Assembly: GCA_031416315.1 (NCBI GenBank) | Contig: JANOTL010000084.1 | Location: 1 to 15,266 of the forward strand | Direction: 5' to 3' | Source: Pseudomonadota bacterium | GTDB taxonomy: Bacteria; Bdellovibrionota_B; Oligoflexia; Oligoflexales; CAIYRB01 | DNA: 15,266 bases | In this document: piece after piece, positions 7,397 to 15,266 of the stretch | How positions within the stretch are numbered: the stretch's first letter is position 1 | How the letters are laid out: the number at the start of each line of letters is the position of its first letter | Program-made: the position numbers and the translations under genes | The notes under the pieces: model-generated | Database searches by the model: none | What the model was told of the DNA's origin: nothing | The model's input: only the letters and a program-made list of their open reading frames with translations

Positions 7397-8134
7397 ATGC
7401 CTCTCGCCGCGATCAGCGCCTGCCGCCGGCTGCCCGCCTCCCTAAACGACGGGGAGCGGCGCACGATGTTCGCCTTGTTCTCGCGCTATTACCGGGATGT
7501 CGCGTTCGAGACCTTCTCGAGCGATCTGAGCGAGAAGGACGTCGTCTGGGTGTTCGCGCAGCGCGGCGCCGTCGTCGGCTTCACGACGCTCCTCGTCCGA
7601 GAGAGCGAGCGCGAGGCGCTCCTCTACTCGGGCGACACCGTGCTCGAACGCGAGCTGTGGGGTTCGAAGCTCTTGCAGCGCGCGTTCCTGCGGGAGATCG
7701 TCCGCGTCAAGCTGCGGAGGCCCTGGCGGCCGGCATATTGGCTCCTGATGAGCAAGGGGGAGCGCACGTACCTCATGATGCGGCGCAACTTTCCCGTGTC
7801 CTATCCGCGCGCGGGGGCCACGGCGCCGTCGCGCCTGGCGCGCGTCATGGATGCCTTCTATGCACAGAAATTCGGCGCGGCGTACGACCCCGAGCGCGGA
7901 CTCGTGCGTTTCGGCGAGCGCCGGGGCGCGGTGCGAGAAGAGCACCTCGCCGCGCAGGCTGCGCAAAGGGAAGGCGGCGATGCCGAGGCGGCGTTTTTCC
8001 TGAAGCGCAATCCCGAGCATGCCGACGGGGTCGAGCTTGCCTGCATCGCGGAGCTGCGGCTGCGCGACGTGCCCTGGCAAATGAAGAAATTTCGGCGGCC
8101 GGCGCCGTCGCGGGAGATCGTCCTTGAAGTTTGA
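7397..8134 (+). CDS. Hypothetical protein, probable GNAT-like acyltransferase fold
   Basis: MFALFSRYY..FSSDLSEKD..VVGFTT..YSGDTVLERELWGSKLL resembles a GNAT beta4/acyl-CoA loop, then YWLLMSKGERTY and FFLKRNP..GVELACI. The start is uncertain (7379 TTG or 7397 ATG). Confidence 0.65.
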   Translation: MPLAAISACRRLPASLNDGERRTMFALFSRYYRDVAFETFSSDLSEKDVVWVFAQRGAVVGFTTLLVRESEREALLYSGDTVLERELWGSKLLQRAFLREIVRVKLRRPWRPAYWLLMSKGERTYLMMRRNFPVSYPRAGATAPSRLARVMDAFYAQKFGAAYDPERGLVRFGERRGAVREEHLAAQAAQREGGDAEAAFFLKRNPEHADGVELACIAELRLRDVPWQMKKFRRPAPSREIVLEV

Positions 8135-10913
8135 TCGCGTGCCGACGCGCCGAGATCCGCGCTGGCGTTTTTTGGCGCTTCTGGCGAGCTACGTCGTCTT
8201 CGGGATCACCTTTCTCGGCTTTAACCGCAGCCCCTTGCAGATCCTCATGGTCGTCTCGGCGACGTGCGGCCTCGACATGCTGTTCCATCACGTCGCGCGC
8301 GGGCGCAAGGACAGGACTGTGCTCTTCCCGCTGAGCTCGATGATCAGCGGCTTCGGGCTCGGAATTCTGGTGAACTACGCGCACGGGCCCTGGCTCTTGT
8401 TCGTGCCGGTCTTCTTCTCGGTGGCGTCGAAATACGTCCTGACCTTCAAAGGACGGCACGTCTTCAATCCGACTCTGATCGGCGTGACCCTCAGTCTCTT
8501 GCTCGGCGAGGGCATGATCAGCGCGTCGCCGAGCTATCAGTGGGGGGGGTCGCTGGCGATCTGCTTCTTCATCGTCGGCGCGGCGCTCTCGCTCTTCATC
8601 CGCGAGGTACGGCGCGTGCCGTTGACCCTGGCGTTCCTCGGGTTCTATTTCGTCGGGCTCGCGATCCGCGCCTACGTCATCCGTTATCACGTGCCGACGG
8701 AGACCTTGTTCTTGGGCGCGTTGACGGCCCCGGCGTTCTTCCTATTCACGTATTTCATGCTCACGGATCCGAAGACCTCGCCGCCGACGGCGCGAGGGCA
8801 GGTGCTCATGGCGTTCGTGATCGTCGGCCTCGACCTTTGGCTGCACAAGATGCACCGGCTTTCGACTTTGTTCCTTGCGGGATCGATGTACTTCGCCGGG
8901 CGCTTCGTCTGGCTCCACGTCGCAGAGCTGGTGAAAGATCCGCGGGGTGTCGGCCCGCGGCTTTCGCGATGGGCCCCTCGGCCGCTCACGGCGGCGGCGA
9001 TCGCGGCGCTCGGGCTGGTCGTGCACGCCGGGTTCATCCGGCCGAAACAAGACGCCGAGGCGCACGTGGCGATGACCGCGCAGGCGGCCGACGCGGTCGG
9101 GATCGCGGCCCGACCGAGCGACGCTCTGAGCCTCGTCGACCCGCGGATCGCGCATGTGGCGAAGTGGCTCCTCTCAATCGGCGACGCCGTGGCCTCGGCG
9201 GACGTCGACCTCGACGGGAGACAAGATCTCTTCTTCACCCTGCCCTTGAAGCAGGCCGAGGACCGCGGCGCGCTGTACCTAAACCGCGGCCACTTCAAGT
9301 TCGAGCGCGTCGAGATTCCTGAGCTCGCCCTCTTGGTCGCCGAGCCAAGGACGCACGGGTTTCCGGCCGGCGCCGTGTTCTTCGATGCCGACAACGACGG
9401 CGACCAGGATCTGCTCGTGCTCTTCGCCTGGGGAGAGTCGCGGCTTTTTCGCAACCGGCTGCTCGAGGACGGCAAGCTGAGCTTCGCCGCCGAGTCGGGG
9501 CCGTCGGCGCTTCGCGATTACACGGTGAGCGTCGCGGCGACGGTCGTCGACCTGAACCGCGACGGCAAGCTCGACGTGTTCCTCGCGAACGTCCTGCCGA
9601 CGACCTTGCCGGCGTACGACCAGCCGACGCGTTTCGACATCTTCCGGCTGCCGCAGCCTGCGCACGAGGGCGACCGGCGGATGTTCGACTTCATGCATCG
9701 GACCTGGTACGACGCGGCGAACGGCGGCGACAAGTGGATCTACATGAACGAGGGCGCAAGTTTCGCGCGGCAGAAGGCCGCAGAGCGCGAAACCTTCGGC
9801 ACGCGGTGGACTTTGGCGGTCGGCGCGGCGGATCTCAATCGCGACGGCAGCCCGGAGCTTTATCTGGCGAACGATTTTGGGCCCGATCAGCTGTTCCAGA
9901 ACGACGGGAAAGGCCGCTTTGCGGCCGTACGCGGCAGCTTCATCGGCGAGATGGGGCGCGACACGTACAAGGGCATGAACGTCTCGATCGGTGACGTCGA
10001 CGGCAACGGCCACCAGGACCTCTACGTCTCTAACGTGCACAAGCCGCTCCAGGCGGAAGGCAGCCTCTTGTGGATGAACGACGGCACCATGGCGACCGCG
10101 GGCGCCGCCGCTTTCACGGACCGAGCATCCGGGCGGAATGCGCTGAACGAGCGGCGCTTCGGTTGGGGCGCGGCGATGGGTGACCTAGACCTCGACGGCA
10201 AGCTCGACTTGGCGCAGGCCAATGGCATGGTGAACGACCGGTACGATCGCACGGCGGCCGAGGGCCAGCCTTGCGACGATTACTGGTACTACGCCGAAAA
10301 GGTGGCGCTGACGAACCCCGACGTGCACGGCTTCGCCGACCGCTGGGCCGATCTGCGCGGGCGCTGCATCTTCCCGGCCGACGCGAATCGGCTGTATTTG
10401 AACCGAGACCGCTACTTCGTCGACGTCGCGGCGAGCGTGGGCTTCGATCTGCCGAAGGACGCGCAGGGGAAGCCGAGCGGGCCGTCGCGCGCCGTGGCGA
10501 TGGTCGATCTCGACGAGGACGGCGACCTCGACCTCGTGGTCACGCATCAATTCTCGGGGCCGAGCTTCTTCGAGAACGGCACGGCGCAGGCGGACGGGCC
10601 GCACTGGGTGGGGCTGGCGCTGGAGGGCGACGGCAGGCGCTGCAATCGCGACGCGATCGGCACGGTCGCGCGGGTGCAGGACGGCGCGTATCCGGAGCAG
10701 ATGCGCGAGGTGCAGGCGGTTTCCGGATTTTCGGCGCAGGGTGATCGCCGCATCCTTTTCGGCCTTGGCGGGAAAGGCGGCGCGAGCCGGGAGGTCGCGG
10801 TGCGCGTGAAGTGGTGCGGCGACGGACCCGAGCAGGCGCTCTTGCTGCCTACGCGTCAGTATCATCGGATTCGCCAGCCGCGCGTCTCCGAGCCGATGGC
10901 GGGCACGCCATGA
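8124..10913 (+). CDS. Fusion of an UnbU/RnfD(NqrB)-like polytopic membrane domain with an FG-GAP beta-propeller and ASPIC/UnbV (CRTAC1-like) domain
   Basis: The first ~300 aa are multi-TM with GRHVFNP and FMLTDPKTSP. Seven DxD/NxDG-type motifs follow, then HWVGLALEG..NRDAIG..QMREV..SGFSAQGDRRILFGLG..VRVKW. GGGAG RBS precedes TTG 8124. Confidence 0.88.
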   Translation: MKFDRVPTRRDPRWRFLALLASYVVFGITFLGFNRSPLQILMVVSATCGLDMLFHHVARGRKDRTVLFPLSSMISGFGLGILVNYAHGPWLLFVPVFFSVASKYVLTFKGRHVFNPTLIGVTLSLLLGEGMISASPSYQWGGSLAICFFIVGAALSLFIREVRRVPLTLAFLGFYFVGLAIRAYVIRYHVPTETLFLGALTAPAFFLFTYFMLTDPKTSPPTARGQVLMAFVIVGLDLWLHKMHRLSTLFLAGSMYFAGRFVWLHVAELVKDPRGVGPRLSRWAPRPLTAAAIAALGLVVHAGFIRPKQDAEAHVAMTAQAADAVGIAARPSDALSLVDPRIAHVAKWLLSIGDAVASADVDLDGRQDLFFTLPLKQAEDRGALYLNRGHFKFERVEIPELALLVAEPRTHGFPAGAVFFDADNDGDQDLLVLFAWGESRLFRNRLLEDGKLSFAAESGPSALRDYTVSVAATVVDLNRDGKLDVFLANVLPTTLPAYDQPTRFDIFRLPQPAHEGDRRMFDFMHRTWYDAANGGDKWIYMNEGASFARQKAAERETFGTRWTLAVGAADLNRDGSPELYLANDFGPDQLFQNDGKGRFAAVRGSFIGEMGRDTYKGMNVSIGDVDGNGHQDLYVSNVHKPLQAEGSLLWMNDGTMATAGAAAFTDRASGRNALNERRFGWGAAMGDLDLDGKLDLAQANGMVNDRYDRTAAEGQPCDDYWYYAEKVALTNPDVHGFADRWADLRGRCIFPADANRLYLNRDRYFVDVAASVGFDLPKDAQGKPSGPSRAVAMVDLDEDGDLDLVVTHQFSGPSFFENGTAQADGPHWVGLALEGDGRRCNRDAIGTVARVQDGAYPEQMREVQAVSGFSAQGDRRILFGLGGKGGASREVAVRVKWCGDGPEQALLLPTRQYHRIRQPRVSEPMAGTP

Positions 10914-11692
10914 GCAACTGGCTGCGCTGGATCGTCGTGCTTTGGCTCGGGGCGTTGAGCGGCTCGGACGCGCTTGCCGACGAGCTTCCGGACGAGGTGG
11001 ACGACTGCAACGCGCTTTGGAAGAAGGACGGCTCCGGCTGCAAGGATTTGCGCGGGCGCGAGGGTCACTGCCTGTGGCATCCGCGCCGTTCGCCGCCTCA
11101 ATGGGCGCAGACGAAGTGCGACAAGAAGGACCAATGCCTCCACTGCACGGCAAAGGTGCTGCAGGGCGACGCCAAAGCGCTGGCGGCGAGCGTGGAAACG
11201 ATGTTGGAGGAGGAGGAGTTCGACGAGGCAAGAGGCGCGCTGAGCTACATCGAGTCGAAGACGGGGACGAAGAAGAGCGATCTCGCCCGCCTCTACATGC
11301 AATTCGGCTATCACCTCGCGAAGGCAAAAAAAATGGGCGAGGCATTCGACGCCAACGACCAGGCGATGCGCCTCGATCCGAATCTGCTCGAAGCTTTCTT
11401 CAACGACGCCTGCTATCAGTCGATCGATGAAAAGGCCGCGAAATCGCTCGCCGCCCTGAACCTCGTGGCCGACAAACTGACGCAGGCAAATGCCGGCAAA
11501 GACCGCTGGCAGAAGTTCCGGAAGATGATGGCCGAAGACAAAGACCTGGCGTTCGTGCGCAAAGATCCCGACTTTAAGAAGACGGCGGCGCGCTTCGAAG
11601 CGGTGAAAGCGGCGGTGCTCGCGCCGAAAGCGCAGCCGGCGCCGAAGCCTAAGGTGAAGGCGAAACCGGCGCCCAAGAAGCCGACTCCGTGA
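10910..11692 (+). CDS. Secreted protein with a small 6-Cys N-terminal domain, TPR repeats and a Pro/Lys-rich tail (260 aa)
   Basis: ATGA overlap with the upstream stop, signal peptide ending SDALA, TPR segment YMQFGYHLAKAKKMGEAFDANDQAMRLDPNLLEAFFNDACYQS, and a terminal EDKDLAFVR motif. Confidence 0.8.
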   Translation: MSNWLRWIVVLWLGALSGSDALADELPDEVDDCNALWKKDGSGCKDLRGREGHCLWHPRRSPPQWAQTKCDKKDQCLHCTAKVLQGDAKALAASVETMLEEEEFDEARGALSYIESKTGTKKSDLARLYMQFGYHLAKAKKMGEAFDANDQAMRLDPNLLEAFFNDACYQSIDEKAAKSLAALNLVADKLTQANAGKDRWQKFRKMMAEDKDLAFVRKDPDFKKTAARFEAVKAAVLAPKAQPAPKPKVKAKPAPKKPTP

Positions 11693-12039
11693 GCGACTCC
11701 TCCTTCGTGACGTTGTGGCTCGCAGCCTTCGTCTCGACCCTTGTCGTGGAGACGGTCGTCTACACGATGATGTTCCACGCAGAGCCTCGTCGCCGGGTGA
11801 TTTTCGCCGCGATCGCGGTCAACTGCCTGACGCACCCGACACTATGGTCGCTCGGCGGCTACCTGTTCTTTCAGCCGTACCTTGTCTGGATGGTGGCGTG
11901 CGAGATCGTCATCATCCTAGCGGAAGGCGCGATGATGAAGCGCATCCTGAAGGTGCCGTGGCACGATGCGTTGGTGGCGAGCCTGGTCGCCAACGTCCTT
12001 TCGGTCGCGTTCGGTTACTTGCGGCGAGCCGTGTTCTAG
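11689..12039 (+). CDS. Small 4-TM membrane protein of unknown function
   Basis: GTGA overlap with the upstream stop and four hydrophobic segments carrying TLVVE, NCLTHP, CE..AE and ANVLS. Confidence 0.8.
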   Translation: MSDSSFVTLWLAAFVSTLVVETVVYTMMFHAEPRRRVIFAAIAVNCLTHPTLWSLGGYLFFQPYLVWMVACEIVIILAEGAMMKRILKVPWHDALVASLVANVLSVAFGYLRRAVF

Positions 12040-13112
12040 GGCAAGACCCGGTCCGCGATCGCATTGGCGAGCTCCGACGGGTCGGCGGCATCGCGGTTCA
12101 CCAAGACCGCGATCATCGCGCGCTGCGCCGGGAAGCGATGGATCACGGTGCGGAAGCCGACCGAGCTGCCCGTGTGCGACTGGCGCGCGAAACCGCGGTA
12201 AGAGCCGAGACTCCAGCCGTAGCCGTACGTCGTCGGCGTTCCGTCGCGCAGCCGGCCGGGCTCGAAGATCCGGCGCATGCTGTCGACGTTGGCGAGGCGA
12301 CCGCTTTCGAGCGCCGCCTCCCAGGCGACGAGATCCAGGACCGAGGAGTAGATGCCGCCGTCGCCGCGAGTCGCGCTCGTGACGCTCTGATCGGTGCGGC
12401 GAAATCCGGAGCCGACCTGCGCGTAGCCGAAAGCGCGTTGCTCGATCGCGGTGCCCTCGCCTTGGTACACCACGCTCGCGTGCATGCCGGCGGGTTGGAA
12501 AATCTCCTCACGCAGAAGCTGGTCGAGGCGTTTGCGCGTCGCCTCTTCGAGAATGAGCCCGAGAAGAACGTAGCCGCCGTTGCTATAGGCATATTGGGTT
12601 CCGGGCGGGAACTGAGTGCGCGAAACGCTTGCGAGGAGCGTGAGCACGTCCCGGTCGCTGAGCTGCTCGGTGCGGCCCGCGGGGATGAGATCCTCGTAAT
12701 CCTGCAGCCCGGAGGTATGGTGCACGAGATGGTCGACGGTGATCGCGCGACCGTAGGCGGGAAAGCTCGGGAAGAAGTCGGTGAGCCTTTGGTCGAGCCG
12801 TAGAGTGCCGCGCTCGATCTGTTGCGCGACGGCTAGGCCGATGAACTGCTTGGTGACCGACGCCAGGCGAAAGTTGGTCCGCACGCTCGCAGCCACGCGA
12901 TCTTCGAGGCTCGCAGCGCCGTAACCGGCGCGGTGCACGACCTCGCCGTCGACGACGACCGCGACGGCGGCGCCCGCAACGGTCGCACGATCGAAGTCGC
13001 GGAAGAGGGCGTCGATGTCGGGAAGCTGCGGGTCCAGAGTGAGCTTTTGGGCCAGTGCGGACGAGCTGAGAAATAGGCTTGCCACGAGCAGCATCGCTCC
13101 CTCGATAGACAT
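12036..13112 (-). CDS. Secreted serine hydrolase, beta-lactamase class C / peptidase S12 family
   Basis: SxxK in ASVTKQF, YxN in YAYSNGGY, HTG, LVHHTSGL, and a signal peptide ending SALA. Its stop overlaps the convergent gene at CTAG. Confidence 0.92.
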   Translation of the reverse strand: MSIEGAMLLVASLFLSSSALAQKLTLDPQLPDIDALFRDFDRATVAGAAVAVVVDGEVVHRAGYGAASLEDRVAASVRTNFRLASVTKQFIGLAVAQQIERGTLRLDQRLTDFFPSFPAYGRAITVDHLVHHTSGLQDYEDLIPAGRTEQLSDRDVLTLLASVSRTQFPPGTQYAYSNGGYVLLGLILEEATRKRLDQLLREEIFQPAGMHASVVYQGEGTAIEQRAFGYAQVGSGFRRTDQSVTSATRGDGGIYSSVLDLVAWEAALESGRLANVDSMRRIFEPGRLRDGTPTTYGYGWSLGSYRGFARQSHTGSSVGFRTVIHRFPAQRAMIAVLVNRDAADPSELANAIADRVLP

Positions 13113-13377
13113 GAATTCCCCCTGGATTTGGGGAAATCATATCACCCGACGCGGAATGGGTCGCTAGCCTAGGGCCATCTCGAAGCCGGGCGCGCGCGTG
13201 CCCGGGGGACGGCCGCGCGGCCCTCGGGGAGGATCTCGAACAAGGTCGCAGCTACTTTGAAGCCGAGATATCCGCGGGTTGCCCGTGGAATCGGCTCGAG
13301 CTCGGGCTCGGCGAGGCCCATGAGATGAGCGCGGCCGCCGCTCTCTGTTTTTTGGTAGCCCTCGCTGCCGCGCGACC

Positions 13378-14121
13378 TTATGGCCACGCCGAGTATGGGA
13401 GCGGGGCGTTCTTCTTTTCTTTTTCATTCATGAACGGCGGCACCGGCGAGGCGCAGGAAAGCTTCCGAAATTCAACGCACCCGGCGACCTGGCGATCGGC
13501 CGCGGCTTTTTTACCGTTGTCGCGAAGCCGCTTTACGAACTTCTCGCAGTCCTGCGCCGTCAAGTCGCAGAGTCTCTTGTGGTGCCGCTTGATGTCTTCG
13601 TCGACGTTCTTTTTCGCGGCGTTGCGCAAGCCATCGAGGCAATACTGCCGACCCGCAGGGTTTGCGAACAGGTGCGTCTGACAAGCCGCCTCGAGAATCT
13701 CGCGCAATTCCTTGATGTCGTCAGCCTCATTGACCGCAGATGTGCACTGCTCCTGACCGCCAAGCAGGCAAGCCTTCTTGATCCAAAAGCCAAAGTCCGG
13801 ACCCAAGTAAGCGAGCACGGCGCAAGCGGCGGCGCTTTTTTTGGTTTCGCAAAGCGGCTCCAGTTTGTTGAGCGTCGCCGCATCCTGACAGGTCTGGCTC
13901 TTGCTGCAAGCCAGTGCCAAGCACGCGGCCTCGACCTTCCAGTCGCACCCGAACTTGAAGAAGTTCGCGCCGCGCCGCGGGGTATTGTGCATATAGTCCT
14001 GGGCGCCGTGGATGATGCAGTCGGTCTCGATGCCGAGCTTGCAGTCGCCCTCGTCGTTCGGCCAGGCGTATGCGGCACCGGCGAACCAGTAAAGGAGCAA
14101 CCCGATCGTGAAAGTACCCAT
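13378..14121 (-). CDS. Secreted Cys-rich Sel1-like (Hcp-type) repeat protein
   Basis: Signal peptide ending AAYA and 16 Cys in 8 pairs, several Cx7C (FFKFGCDWKVEAACLALA, WIKKACLLGGQEQC). Confidence 0.72.
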   Translation of the reverse strand: MGTFTIGLLLYWFAGAAYAWPNDEGDCKLGIETDCIIHGAQDYMHNTPRRGANFFKFGCDWKVEAACLALACSKSQTCQDAATLNKLEPLCETKKSAAACAVLAYLGPDFGFWIKKACLLGGQEQCTSAVNEADDIKELREILEAACQTHLFANPAGRQYCLDGLRNAAKKNVDEDIKRHHKRLCDLTAQDCEKFVKRLRDNGKKAAADRQVAGCVEFRKLSCASPVPPFMNEKEKKNAPLPYSAWP

Positions 14122-14188
14122 GGTTTCGACCTGGATTGGGCGTTACAACTGACATCATACTCTGCCGCTACGAAAACGAGCAAAGATC

Positions 14189-15154
14189 ATGCTTCCTGGA
14201 CTGACAGACTTGTTTCACGCGGTACTTGCGGTGAGCGTTCTGCTTGTACTCGGCGGAGTCGCCGTGATCTACCTCGGCGGGTCCGTTGTCCTCGGCGGCG
14301 TCATACTGGTCGCCGGCGCGATTCCTTTGATTTACATGGCGGCCGCGGCCGTCTCGCACAACGCAAAGACCACGGGAAATTGGCGCCGCTACGTCACTTA
14401 TCTCGACGCGATCCCCGAGCGCGAGCCTGAAGACTTGAGGAGGATCGTGCCGCCTGAAGGCTCAGTACCCCTGGGAGCCTTGCGCCAGCCCGAAACAGTA
14501 GCGGTCCCTCAGTGTCCAGGCCAAGTCTTTACGAGCGAGGATGTACCGCTGACGATTGCTGCCGCGTCCGGCCGGGCTTCCGTTTTGGCGTGGATGCTCG
14601 GTCGGCCTTCGCCGCCATTCACCTTCCACGGCGCAAGCAACTCCAGTCCCAGGCGCCCCGCCATCGCCGCCGCCCTGGTTTGCGGCCATTTCGGCGAGCT
14701 TGCTCGGGCGCTCGACGGGGTGACAGGGCGCAGTAAAGTGATCGAAGCGAAAGGCCTGGGCGTGTTCTCGGCTCTTCACTACGCCAGTTTTCTGGGTGAC
14801 GTCGCGGCTGTGAAGACGCTATTGAGCCTGGGCCTCGAGGCCGACGCGACCGCCCAAACCTTCGTCGTCTCGCCGGGCTATTCTTTGGACCTTCGGAGCC
14901 ATGACGACGGTCGGTTTCATACGGGTAAGCTCAAAGGTTGCTGTCAAATGACGCCTTTGATGAATGCCGCCCAGCGAGGCTCCCTGCCCATCGTCAAGAT
15001 GCTCCACGAACACTGCGTCGACATCGGGCGCCGGGACTCAGGACAAAAGAAAGCCCTAGATTTTGCCACGGCGGGGGGACACGGCGACGTCGCCGCATAT
15101 CTTAAGGCAGCCCGGCGTCCGCGCAATTGCTCTGGTACGGGGCGCAGTAGCTAG
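14189..15154 (+). CDS. Ankyrin-repeat protein with two N-terminal TM helices
   Basis: SALHYASFLGDVAAVKTLLSLG, TPLMNAAQRGSLPIVKML and KALDFATAGGHGDVAAYL, with an N-terminal hydrophobic hairpin. Confidence 0.8.
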   Translation: MLPGLTDLFHAVLAVSVLLVLGGVAVIYLGGSVVLGGVILVAGAIPLIYMAAAAVSHNAKTTGNWRRYVTYLDAIPEREPEDLRRIVPPEGSVPLGALRQPETVAVPQCPGQVFTSEDVPLTIAAASGRASVLAWMLGRPSPPFTFHGASNSSPRRPAIAAALVCGHFGELARALDGVTGRSKVIEAKGLGVFSALHYASFLGDVAAVKTLLSLGLEADATAQTFVVSPGYSLDLRSHDDGRFHTGKLKGCCQMTPLMNAAQRGSLPIVKMLHEHCVDIGRRDSGQKKALDFATAGGHGDVAAYLKAARRPRNCSGTGRSS

Positions 15155-15266
15155 TCTCTGGCGCGAAACCCGCCAGAGACAATCCTGTGAAACAAAGCGA
15201 CGAAGGATCTCGGCGAAAACCAACTGAAACAATTGACTCGGGTAGATACTTCGATGCGCTAAGGAT

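Noticed and set aside
7397..12039. Calling the operon an enediyne biosynthetic cluster
   Set aside because: No pksE, UnbL/E3 or E10 thioesterase gene is present in the window.
12036..13112. Calling the serine hydrolase an ampC resistance gene
   Set aside because: The motifs are shared across S12 esterases and peptidases, and it has HTG rather than the AmpC KTG, so substrate cannot be inferred.
13169..13387. Short minus-strand ORF faintly resembling MmcQ/YjbR (LGFKVAATLF)
   Set aside because: The resemblance covers only a few residues and there is no RBS. At most it is a decayed remnant.
15233..15266. TTGACT..TAAGGA promoter-like sequence at the window end
   Set aside because: The spacing is 21 nt and the downstream gene lies outside the window.

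Overview
GC-rich bacterial window, probably Bdellovibrionota (Oligoflexia-like) or a related deltaproteobacterial lineage; this taxonomy is inferred from gene style only. From left to right: a stand-alone 2-TM/HAMP protein gene (minus) under a sigma28-like promoter; a divergent, unannotated 34-aa Arg/Lys-rich small ORF with its own sigma70-like promoter, RBS and terminator; a hypothetical helical protein; a LonC-like protease; epmA; a cobalamin-independent methionine synthase-like protein; a lipoprotein with 11/7-residue repeats under a sigma54-like promoter; a translationally coupled four-gene operon (GNAT-like protein, UnbU/RnfD-like plus UnbV/ASPIC fusion, secreted Cys-rich TPR protein, 4-TM protein); a class C beta-lactamase-family serine hydrolase; a Cys-rich Sel1-like secreted protein; and a membrane-anchored ankyrin protein. 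No rRNA, tRNA, CRISPR array or mobile element was recognised. The best leads are the UnbU-UnbV fusion operon without an enediyne PKS and the hidden basic microprotein. All family calls come from motif recognition by eye, not database searches.
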